A stretch of DNA of 64,000 nucleotides from an uncultured archaeon (lineage in GTDB: Archaea; Asgardarchaeota; Thorarchaeia; Thorarchaeales; Thorarchaeaceae): positions 4,638 to 68,637 of the forward strand of contig CAZVZC010000001.1 in assembly GCA_964631415.1 (NCBI GenBank), given 5' to 3'. A model generated the notes under the pieces. It made no database searches, was not told where the DNA came from, and was given only the letters and a program-made list of their open reading frames with translations. A program made the position numbers and the translations under genes. Positions 56,415 to 64,000 of the stretch are shown here, in pieces. Position 1 is the first letter of the stretch. Every line of letters starts with the position of its first letter.

Positions 56415-57680
56415 TCATGTGCACCGAGAGGACAGCTTCTCGGCCAAGTGCTCCTGTGTAGTCCATGACCCAGTGAGGTTCCCACGTTTCGCAAGTCTAC
56501 CCAATGTCTTTCTTGTTTCTTCATTGAGATGGCCCGGCGGCATGTTCTCGTAAGCACTTCCGGGTAATGGCAAGAACACATGAGCGTGAATCTTTGCGCC
56601 CATCTCTATCAGAGTCAGGCATGTTTCTATATTGGTCCTCACATCATCGTCATTCTCGCCAGGTAGACCGAAGATCATATCTACCTGAGGCACGAAACCG
56701 CTGTCCAGAGTTGTCCTGACAGCCATCATTCCATCTTCGACAGTATGCTTTCTGTTGATGGCTTCTAGAATACGGTCACTGCCTGACTGTAGCCCTATCT
56801 GGAGGGTTTCGTTGGAAACATATTGTCGCAGTATGCCCAGAGTGTCGCGGGTTACAAAGTCAGGTCTCACTTCTGACGGGAAGGAACCGAAGAACACTTC
56901 CTCAAGCCCTTCTATCGAGGTCGTTTCGCTTAGGAGTTGTTCCAGTTTCTCCGGTGCCACGCGTCTACCTGAACCCCCGAAACAGAGGGCGTTCGGAGAC
57001 AGGAACCAGGTTCGCTTGAAGTTCCTCTTCTGTACTGCAAGACGAAGCCAACTAACTATGGACTCCACTGACCTGTGTCTCACTGCTCCTCCCGTGAGGA
57101 AGGGAGTGCAACAGAACTTACATGCAAAAGGACAGCCACGGGTGACCTCGATGGGACCGACAATGTTCAGATCCAGTGCGAATGGTGGATAGTCATCGAG
57201 AGTCACTCTCGGTAGATCGCGGGGCTTTGGGTATGTTTCCATATGCTCAGACACAACACCCTCCACCCCTCCCACGTCCCCTCCACTCATTAATCGCCAT
57301 ACCATCTCTGGAAAAGCCTTTTCGCCCTCACCGACCAAGACATAATCGAATCCGGCATCCAACAACTCCCAAGGTCTTGCACTCGCATGTGGTCCCCCCG
57401 CAAGCAGCGTCACGGTATCCCCAAACTGACCACGGACTCTCCTGACCTCATCAGATACTCGATTCACCTGTGTCGACATGACTGAGTATGCGACTGTGAC
57501 ATGCCCTTGTCTGAGATACTCCGTGATGGCTTCATTTGGAGATCTGGAAGGTGCAAGGACTCTCAGACTGCTCAGTTTCGGCTCCGATTCGATTGCCCCG
57601 AGCAGGGCCGCTACACTATAGCGCGATTGCTGGTAGAAGCGGAAGATCAATGTGTGGTCAATCACGTGTCGCACGCGCAC
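56415..57680 (-). CDS. B12-binding domain/radical SAM protein (TIGR04013-like)
   Basis: AGGPH, GEGE, EVTRGCPFACKFC, FPSEVRP, QSGS, DMIFGLPGE. Confidence 0.87.
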   Translation of the reverse strand: MRVRHVIDHTLIFRFYQQSRYSVAALLGAIESEPKLSSLRVLAPSRSPNEAITEYLRQGHVTVAYSVMSTQVNRVSDEVRRVRGQFGDTVTLLAGGPHASARPWELLDAGFDYVLVGEGEKAFPEMVWRLMSGGDVGGVEGVVSEHMETYPKPRDLPRVTLDDYPPFALDLNIVGPIEVTRGCPFACKFCCTPFLTGGAVRHRSVESIVSWLRLAVQKRNFKRTWFLSPNALCFGGSGRRVAPEKLEQLLSETTSIEGLEEVFFGSFPSEVRPDFVTRDTLGILRQYVSNETLQIGLQSGSDRILEAINRKHTVEDGMMAVRTTLDSGFVPQVDMIFGLPGENDDDVRTNIETCLTLIEMGAKIHAHVFLPLPGSAYENMPPGHLNEETRKTLGRLAKRGNLTGSWTTQEHLAEKLSSRCT

Positions 57681-58270
57681 TAATTGAGTACTTTCTCCTG
57701 TACTCCCTCTTTGGTGACAGACATGACACGGATGTCACCACCGGACTGGACATCACGCGCAATTCCTGCCTTGACTGCCTTCACTGCGACATCCTCTGCC
57801 TCTTTCACTGTGAGCCCCTGTTTGAACTCTCTCTCGAGAACACCGTAGGCCATCTGCATTCCTGATCCTGCGGCAGTGTACTCGTCAGGAATCAATGAGC
57901 CACCCATGTCTAGAGTATACAGTGCAGGACCATTCTTGTCGACACCCACAATCACTGTTTGGACGTAGAGCGGGTCGACTCTTCTCGCGTAGAGCGTGTT
58001 TGCCACAATCTTGGAGAGCGTCTTCACTGTGATTGGCTTCTTCTCACTGAGTTCGTACAGTTTGATTTGAACATGAAGACGGTTGACAAGCATCTGATAG
58101 TCAGAGGTCAGCCCGGCGGAAGCCAAGACAATAGTGTCTGTCAGCTTGAATGCCTTGATGCCTTTCTCGCTCAAGACGAATGTACCCCAGCTCACCAATG
58201 AATCTGTTGCCACTATTGCTCCATCGCTACACTTGATGCCGACAACGGTCGCGCCTGTTGGTATTGACAT
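57680..58270 (-). CDS. psmB: Proteasome beta subunit, probably non-catalytic (Ala in place of Thr1)
   Basis: TGATVVGI, GSG...AYGVLE, RDVQSG. Confidence 0.92.
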   Translation of the reverse strand: MSIPTGATVVGIKCSDGAIVATDSLVSWGTFVLSEKGIKAFKLTDTIVLASAGLTSDYQMLVNRLHVQIKLYELSEKKPITVKTLSKIVANTLYARRVDPLYVQTVIVGVDKNGPALYTLDMGGSLIPDEYTAAGSGMQMAYGVLEREFKQGLTVKEAEDVAVKAVKAGIARDVQSGGDIRVMSVTKEGVQEKVLN

Positions 58271-58325
58271 GGTCAAGATGCCTCCGTCCGAAGAACTCTG
58301 GTACAGCTATGGTCAGTTGCGGTCC

Positions 58326-58333
58326 TTTTAAAA
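58326..58333. promoter_or_regulatory. Palindromic TATA box between divergent psmB and nog1
   Basis: TTTTAAAA about 55 nt from both starts. Confidence 0.45.
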
Positions 58334-58387
58334 CGCTTTTGAACTGTCCCTATCATCACCAGATATGCCGTAGGAGTAGTCTCTCAA

Positions 58388-59464
58388 GTGCCATCTCTGA
58401 ATCCATTCACAGACATTCCAGTATTGATGACCTCGGAGGAGATAATCGAGTATGCGCACAACAGGTCAGTCAGAAAGAGTGCAAAAAGTCCCGTACGGAT
58501 GTCGAAAATTGAGAAGACTCGCATAAGGGAGATAGCTAGGACCCAGGAGTTCACCAGACAAGTGAGGACCAAGCTGAAGGCGACCGTTGAGGCCTTTCCG
58601 TCTCTGGACCGACTTCATCCGTTCTATATGGAGTTGACCGAGATACTCATCGGCGTGGACAAGCTGAAACAGGCACTAGGAGCCATCTTCAACTGTATCG
58701 GTCCGATAGACAGGATAGCAGACTCGCAGATTGCAGCCATGAAGCGTGCAGACGTACTTGGTCAGATCAAGACGTTGCGGAGTGCTACAAAAGGACGCAT
58801 CTCCTCAATCGTACGTCAAACAGCCAAGAACCTCGACACGGTCATTCAGGCAAAAAAGGTCTTGAGTGGCCTGCCGGGAGTGAATCCGGGTTCACCCACA
58901 ATCGTGTGTGCAGGTTTTCCTAATGTAGGAAAGTCTACTCTCGTAAAGGCGGTTTCGACGGCTGAGCCTGAGATTGCCTACTATCCATTCACAACTCGTG
59001 AGGTGATAATTGGGCATATGACTGTGGACAACCAAGTCATTCAGGTGGTCGACACACCGGGCATCCTAGACCGGCCGATGAGTCAGAGAAATCAGATTGA
59101 GAGGCAGGCCATTGCCGCCCTGAAGTATCTGGCGAATGTCATCATATTCATGATGGACCCATCAGAGGCCTGTGGGTGGAGTTTCGACGAACAGATTCAT
59201 CTGCACGACGAGGTACGTAGAATGTTTCCAGTGAACCCCGTCATCGTTGTATTCAACAAGGTGGACATAACCCCTCAGGATCGTCTTGAGGCAGCAAGGG
59301 CGAGGATTCCAGGGGCCCGCGAGATTGTGGCTTCACAAGGGACAGGCCTCCAAGAACTCATGAAAGAGGTTATTGAAGCCGTAGATTTGTCGTCACTGCA
59401 GGAAGTCATAGATGCGTACCTTTCAGCGCTGCCCAAGGGTGAATCCCATTCCTCGGATGCGTAA
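58388..59464 (+). CDS. Nog1-family GTPase
   Basis: FP....LHPFY, GFPNVGKS, YPFTT, DTPGILDR, NKVD. Confidence 0.92.
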   Translation: MPSLNPFTDIPVLMTSEEIIEYAHNRSVRKSAKSPVRMSKIEKTRIREIARTQEFTRQVRTKLKATVEAFPSLDRLHPFYMELTEILIGVDKLKQALGAIFNCIGPIDRIADSQIAAMKRADVLGQIKTLRSATKGRISSIVRQTAKNLDTVIQAKKVLSGLPGVNPGSPTIVCAGFPNVGKSTLVKAVSTAEPEIAYYPFTTREVIIGHMTVDNQVIQVVDTPGILDRPMSQRNQIERQAIAALKYLANVIIFMMDPSEACGWSFDEQIHLHDEVRRMFPVNPVIVVFNKVDITPQDRLEAARARIPGAREIVASQGTGLQELMKEVIEAVDLSSLQEVIDAYLSALPKGESHSSDA

Positions 59465-60493
59465 CACTCCCGGCCCTCCAACCTCTCCTTCGATCTCGGC
59501 CTTCACACCGAGAATAAGATGAGCGACCCAGACGTTCGTTTCTAGGTGCGACGTGACTTCGGTCACCCCAATCCGACTATCTCCTGATGCCACAGCCATG
59601 TATGGCACCAACATGTCACTTAGGTGTGAATCAACAGCCTTTCCTGTGGAGAGCTCATGAATGAGCTGATGAGCTGCTTCCGAACCAACGTTCTCAGCAG
59701 TCTTGCCTCTCTCTCCCAAGTTATCAGAACCTAGCCTGACACCGTTCTCTGACTCTGCCCAGAGCACAATACCACTACCCGGCCCGAGATGCGGATCCTT
59801 GGCCTTGGGATATGCTTCTCGTGAGATATGGACTCTCTGAATGCTATGATCGCGTAGCACCTGTTCTGCAGATGCAGCCTGTCTCTCGGCCACATGGGAC
59901 GGAAGTTTCACACAGTGCGACACTCCGCCTATCTCCCTAAGGCTTCCGAACTCAATCAGGTCAAGTGGCGAAACCTCACTGACTGAGCTTGTCGTACACG
60001 AAACCCTGCCTCCTCCTGCAGGATAGTGACCACGCTGTTCCTGCACCAAGTTCACGACCGGCCCCATACGGCGAAGCGTGTACAGGAACACTTCACGTAG
60101 ATAATCGACAGGAGGGCTCCAGGCGACATCAGTGCCGCCGACTAAGTGAAAGCTGATAGGTTCGCCAGACAGGATTGCAGGCGGCAGAATCGCCTGAAGA
60201 ACAAGCGATATTGACCCTGCAGTTCCAACATCGAAGGTGAAATCGCCGCCGCCTCTCCGGACGGGTTCAAACCGGACTTCAGTGCTACCCACTTTCAGAC
60301 CGCTGACTCTTGCCTTAACGATTCTTGCAGCCAGTTCTACCCCTGCGATATGCTGGCTCTTCAGGCCGGGATCGGGCCTGTTTGCGCGTATGTTGAATAT
60401 TCTCACCGGTTGCATAGCAAGTGCTGACAGCGAAACTGCTGTGCGCAGTATTTGCCCACCACCCTCACCATGGGAACCATCAATGTCAATCAT
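59423..60493 (-). CDS. rtcA: RNA 3'-terminal phosphate cyclase
   Basis: DGSHGEGGGQILR, IRANR, GGTDV, RGHYP.GGG, DSHLSD. Confidence 0.94.
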   Translation of the reverse strand: MIDIDGSHGEGGGQILRTAVSLSALAMQPVRIFNIRANRPDPGLKSQHIAGVELAARIVKARVSGLKVGSTEVRFEPVRRGGGDFTFDVGTAGSISLVLQAILPPAILSGEPISFHLVGGTDVAWSPPVDYLREVFLYTLRRMGPVVNLVQEQRGHYPAGGGRVSCTTSSVSEVSPLDLIEFGSLREIGGVSHCVKLPSHVAERQAASAEQVLRDHSIQRVHISREAYPKAKDPHLGPGSGIVLWAESENGVRLGSDNLGERGKTAENVGSEAAHQLIHELSTGKAVDSHLSDMLVPYMAVASGDSRIGVTEVTSHLETNVWVAHLILGVKAEIEGEVGGPGVLRIRGMGFTLGQR

Positions 60494-60649
60494 ACTGGCT
60501 CACTTGTAGGCGAAAGGATGTGTCGGTGGTTAAGGCCTTTGGTGCTGAAACTGCAGCAAACGAGAAGTAGAGTTGTTTGACGTTCGCTGACTTGTGCACG
60601 AGGTCCCAACGCTTATTTGCCATTTGAGTCACAAGTCGAACGGATTGAG

Positions 60650-61171
60650 ATGCGGTCACTGTTTGTAGGGCGTTTTCAGCCGTTACACAAGGGTCACATA
60701 TACACTGTCAAACAGATAATCGACAGGGGCGAAGACCTAGTCATTGCCATAGGCAGTGCTCAGTACTCCCATACTCCTGACAACCCCTTCACAGGAGGTG
60801 AGAGGCTGATGTTCTGGAAACGCGCCATCATAGATGAAGGCCTCCCGCTTGAGCGTATTGACATTGTACCAGTGCCTGACATCGGTATCCATCCACTGTG
60901 GGTTTCGCACCTCCGGTCATTAGTACCGCATTTCGACATGGCATACAGTCACAACCCCCTTGTCAGGAGGCTTCTGAAAGATGCTGGGTTCGAAGTGGCC
61001 GAAACCGGGCTTCTTGAGCGAGGAACGTACAGTGGCAGGCACATCCGGGATCTGATGAGATGGGGCGGCGAATGGGAACCCCTCGTACCTGAGGGAGTAG
61101 TAGAGATAATCAAGCGGCTCCAGCTTGACGAGCGTGTCAGGGAGATTGGTGAGGCCACAATCACGCGATGA
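60650..61171 (+). CDS. Nicotinamide-nucleotide adenylyltransferase
   Basis: GRFQPLHKGH, GSAQYSH...NPFT.GER, NPLV. Confidence 0.92.
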   Translation: MRSLFVGRFQPLHKGHIYTVKQIIDRGEDLVIAIGSAQYSHTPDNPFTGGERLMFWKRAIIDEGLPLERIDIVPVPDIGIHPLWVSHLRSLVPHFDMAYSHNPLVRRLLKDAGFEVAETGLLERGTYSGRHIRDLMRWGGEWEPLVPEGVVEIIKRLQLDERVREIGEATITR

Positions 61172-61322
61172 AGGCCACAATCAGTATGACTTAAATACTG
61201 AAAGCAGAGGACTCTCCATTGGTGAACGAGCAATGCTAGGTGAGCGCGTTCCGCACTATCAATAGAGCGCTTCTGAGTCCTAGCCAGTTTCTCGCACTTC
61301 AGTCAAATCAGAGGATACCAAA

Positions 61323-62807
61323 ATGAGCGACAGTGAAACCCGTGGGGCTGAGGCTGAGGTAATATTCCACATCAGCAAGAAGAACCGGTTTCCAGACTGG
61401 TATGGAGAAATATGCAGAGTTGCAGAATTGGCTGACATAAGGTATGGTGTGAAGGGCTTCACTCCGTTCCTGCCATGGAGCGTCATGACCATGGAGGTCA
61501 TGTTCGACATTCTTGAGAGGGTCCTGCAACGCAAGGGGCACCTGCCAATGTTGTTTCCGAGTGTCATTCCAGAGAGCAGTCTGACAAAAGAAACCGAGCA
61601 TGTGCAGGGCTTCACTCCGCAAGTGTTCTGGATAAGCGAGTTCGGTGAGGGTGTGAAGCTGGAAGAGCGGCTTGCTCTGAGACCGACAAGCGAGACCGCG
61701 ATATACCCTATGTACTCCTTGTGGATTCGGAGCTGGCGTGACCTGCCTCTCAAGAGATACCAGCGGTGTACAGTGTTCAGGTCGGAGGTCAAGAGTACTA
61801 GGCCATTCCTCAGGGGCCGTGAGTTCCTGTGGATTGAGAGTCATAATGTATTTGCTACGCACGAAGAGGCTCTGGCACAAGTCAGGGAAGACCTTGAAAC
61901 CACTAAGGAGGTCATCACGGAGGAGTACGGCATCCCGGTGATGGTGTTCAAGCGCACTCAATGGGACAAGTTCCCAGGAGGGGTGAACACATACGCCGCA
62001 GATACACTCATGCCAGATGGAAAGGTGCTGCAGCTGCCTTCCACGCACGATCTGGGGGACAACTTCGCCAGGTCGTTTGATGTGAAGTACGTGAACAAAG
62101 ACAATGAAACAGTATACGCGTTTCAGACCTGCTACGGTCCTGCCATCTCCCGAATCTACGGCGGTATGATATCAGTCCACGGGGATGATAACGGTCTCAG
62201 GTTGCCCTTCAAACTGGCGCCATATCAAGTGGTAATCGTGCCAATATTCAAGGGCAAGAACATTGACGAGGTGCTGCAATACTGCCGCGGTATTGAGTCC
62301 TCGTTCAGAGATGCTGGTATCAGGGTCTATCTCGATGACCGCGACTCCACGCCCGGTTGGAAGTACAACTACTGGGAGATGAAAGGAGTCCCAATCAGAG
62401 TTGAGGCCGGACAGCGTGAAGTAAAGCAGCGGAAGGTCGCAGTCTTTCGCAGAGACAGAATGAGTAGGGAAACAGTCGGTCTTGAAGGGCTGACAAAGAG
62501 AGTGACGGCCCTTGGCTCCGAGATAGATCGTGCGCTTAGATCCGAGGCTGAGGCGAGGTTCGAGGGTCTAGTAGTCGACGCAGAGTCGCTAGGCCAAGTT
62601 GAGGACGCCCTAGACAAGGGAAAGATTGCACGAGTCCCATTCTGTACGAGCCAGATTGATGGGATGAGCTGTGGCGAGGAAATCAAGAACAAGACTGGTG
62701 GCGAGGTCCGTGGCACAAGAATCGACGTCGAGGAGAAACCCACAGGTGTCTGCGTCGTTTGCGGCAAGGTCGCACAGGAGTTTGTCTATGTGGCACGCTC
62801 ATACTGA
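61323..62807 (+). CDS. proS: Prolyl-tRNA synthetase (archaeal/eukaryote type)
   Basis: RPTSET, PFLRGREFLW, HGDDNGL, C-terminal Zn site and ARSY. Confidence 0.96.
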   Translation: MSDSETRGAEAEVIFHISKKNRFPDWYGEICRVAELADIRYGVKGFTPFLPWSVMTMEVMFDILERVLQRKGHLPMLFPSVIPESSLTKETEHVQGFTPQVFWISEFGEGVKLEERLALRPTSETAIYPMYSLWIRSWRDLPLKRYQRCTVFRSEVKSTRPFLRGREFLWIESHNVFATHEEALAQVREDLETTKEVITEEYGIPVMVFKRTQWDKFPGGVNTYAADTLMPDGKVLQLPSTHDLGDNFARSFDVKYVNKDNETVYAFQTCYGPAISRIYGGMISVHGDDNGLRLPFKLAPYQVVIVPIFKGKNIDEVLQYCRGIESSFRDAGIRVYLDDRDSTPGWKYNYWEMKGVPIRVEAGQREVKQRKVAVFRRDRMSRETVGLEGLTKRVTALGSEIDRALRSEAEARFEGLVVDAESLGQVEDALDKGKIARVPFCTSQIDGMSCGEEIKNKTGGEVRGTRIDVEEKPTGVCVVCGKVAQEFVYVARSY

Positions 62808-62905
62808 GTGTTGTTTCTCTCTGCAGAGTTGCTGTGACTTGGAGTAAGGCTTTAAGGAGGACCCTTCTGAGGGGAGAAGACAGTCTTGGCTCAGGGGTAT
62901 CGAGA

Positions 62906-64000
62906 GTGAGCGTTTCAAACATCTCGGACATTCCAGGCGTTGGCGACAAGATCAAGAAGGCACTGATAGACCACTTCGGGAGTGAAGCAGTTGCTCTGAA
63001 GGTGATACTGGACTCTCGTGTAGACTTGGTTTCAGCCGTACCAGGCATTGGGGACAAGCAAGCAGTCAACATCGTGAAGGCCGCTTTCGAAGCTCAGTTC
63101 GGGGCAAGTGCCAACATGATTCTTCGGAGCCCAGACCTGAGAAAGATTTTCGATTCAACTATGGACATAATCCGAAGCTATGCCAACACGGGCTATGCCA
63201 AGGACAAGCTTCTCCTTTACTTCCCTCTGCCTCCGGAGAAACTTGATGTGATACTCGAGCGGCAGAGGTACTTCAGTGATGCCGCAGACATGGCCCGGAA
63301 ACTGAGTCCTGAGCAACGCGAAACCCTGAGGAGTCTGCTTGGGCAAGTCCGTGGACTTCACAAGAAGGTCCAGCAACGAAGGTTGGAAGGACGGGTAATA
63401 ATCACAGACGACGACAAGGTGTTTGACACACTTGTCAAGGATGGTGTTGACAAGTGGTGTCCTGTGTATGTCCTCTCTCAGGGAGAGAGTGGTGCTGACT
63501 ATGCTCAGGGCTATGATCTCGTGATGTTCATCTCACCCACAGGCACCTATGACGAGTCCATTGACGCGCTTGACAATGTGGAGATTTTGGGCAAGGGATG
63601 GACAGCTGATGACGTTCTTCCCGAGAGGACTGTAGGCTTCTATGGCAAGAACTACAGAGTGATTGACGCCGCATGCAAGCTAGCGAAGGAGTTTGGCTCA
63701 TTCCCATCTAATGACTCGGTCAGGACCTTCTTGAAGGGGCTAGATTTTCAGAAGCTAGAACAAGCAGGCGAGGTACTGAAATGCTTGGACGAGGAGGGTG
63801 ATGTCGCAGAGGGCGTGGATCCCGAGCTTGACAGATACAGGAAGGCTGTCAAGGCGTTCCCGACTGCAATAGCAGAGATCGAATCTTGGCTCAATGAAGA
63901 AATCACTTCGAGAATCTCGAAGAGCCAAGTCACTCTCGGGGGTCAGCAGATAATAAGCATCCTGCAGTCTGCAGATGTCGAAGGAGCTGATGCCAGTGTA
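62906..64000 (+). CDS. HhH-containing archaeal MutS2/MutS5-like protein, 3'-truncated by window edge
   Basis: Frame open from GTG 62906 to the window end; two HhH motifs IPGVG/VPGIG; YANTGYAKDKLLLYFP; ATPase domain not visible. Confidence 0.7.
   Translation, partial: MSVSNISDIPGVGDKIKKALIDHFGSEAVALKVILDSRVDLVSAVPGIGDKQAVNIVKAAFEAQFGASANMILRSPDLRKIFDSTMDIIRSYANTGYAKDKLLLYFPLPPEKLDVILERQRYFSDAADMARKLSPEQRETLRSLLGQVRGLHKKVQQRRLEGRVIITDDDKVFDTLVKDGVDKWCPVYVLSQGESGADYAQGYDLVMFISPTGTYDESIDALDNVEILGKGWTADDVLPERTVGFYGKNYRVIDAACKLAKEFGSFPSNDSVRTFLKGLDFQKLEQAGEVLKCLDEEGDVAEGVDPELDRYRKAVKAFPTAIAEIESWLNEEITSRISKSQVTLGGQQIISILQSADVEGADASV

Noticed and set aside
61152-61183. Direct repeat AGGCCACAATCA twice around the NMNAT stop
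   Set aside because: Only two short copies; probably a local duplication, not CRISPR or an evident att site
61308-62048. 246-aa minus-strand ORF and the many other long antisense ORFs
   Set aside because: Mirror frames of well-conserved genes, with no motifs
1-64000. CRISPR array, rRNA, intact transposase/integrase, provirus, selenoprotein readthrough
   Set aside because: No regularly spaced repeats, rRNA signatures, mobile hallmark genes or in-frame TGA within conserved domains were seen by eye

Overview
A gene-dense, mostly housekeeping segment of an archaeal chromosome, most likely an Asgard archaeon (Thorarchaeia-like). That placement is inferred from PolD, Elf1, eL/eS ribosomal proteins, a small Arf-like GTPase, a eukaryote-like STT3, and OSTC/DC2-like and PAC4-like genes. 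About 65 CDS cover translation, transcription, replication/repair, archaeal lipid synthesis (a complete 4-gene modified-mevalonate operon, egsA, carS), folate/C1 metabolism, tRNA modification and N-glycosylation. Non-coding genes are an SRP RNA and two tRNAs (Pro-CGG, Lys-CTT); each tRNA has two introns, including T-loop introns that share an ATTCC loop. A small decayed accessory patch (VOC/IS6-like and VapC remnants) lies at about 0.5-2.4 kb. Features the ORF track missed: a 36-aa Ost4-like membrane microprotein, a CTG-initiated Zn-finger gene behind topA, Sec61beta, a partial MutS-like gene, a k-turn over the rpl7ae ribosome-binding site, and a SufS N-terminus with no standard start codon. 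Best system candidates: (i) a dispersed eukaryote-like oligosaccharyltransferase set (STT3, DC2-like, WBP1/GIFT-like, Ost4-like); (ii) a translationally coupled Taw1-Trax-EndoV(D->N)-RbkR operon. All family assignments come from motif recognition and remembered sequences; no database search was run.
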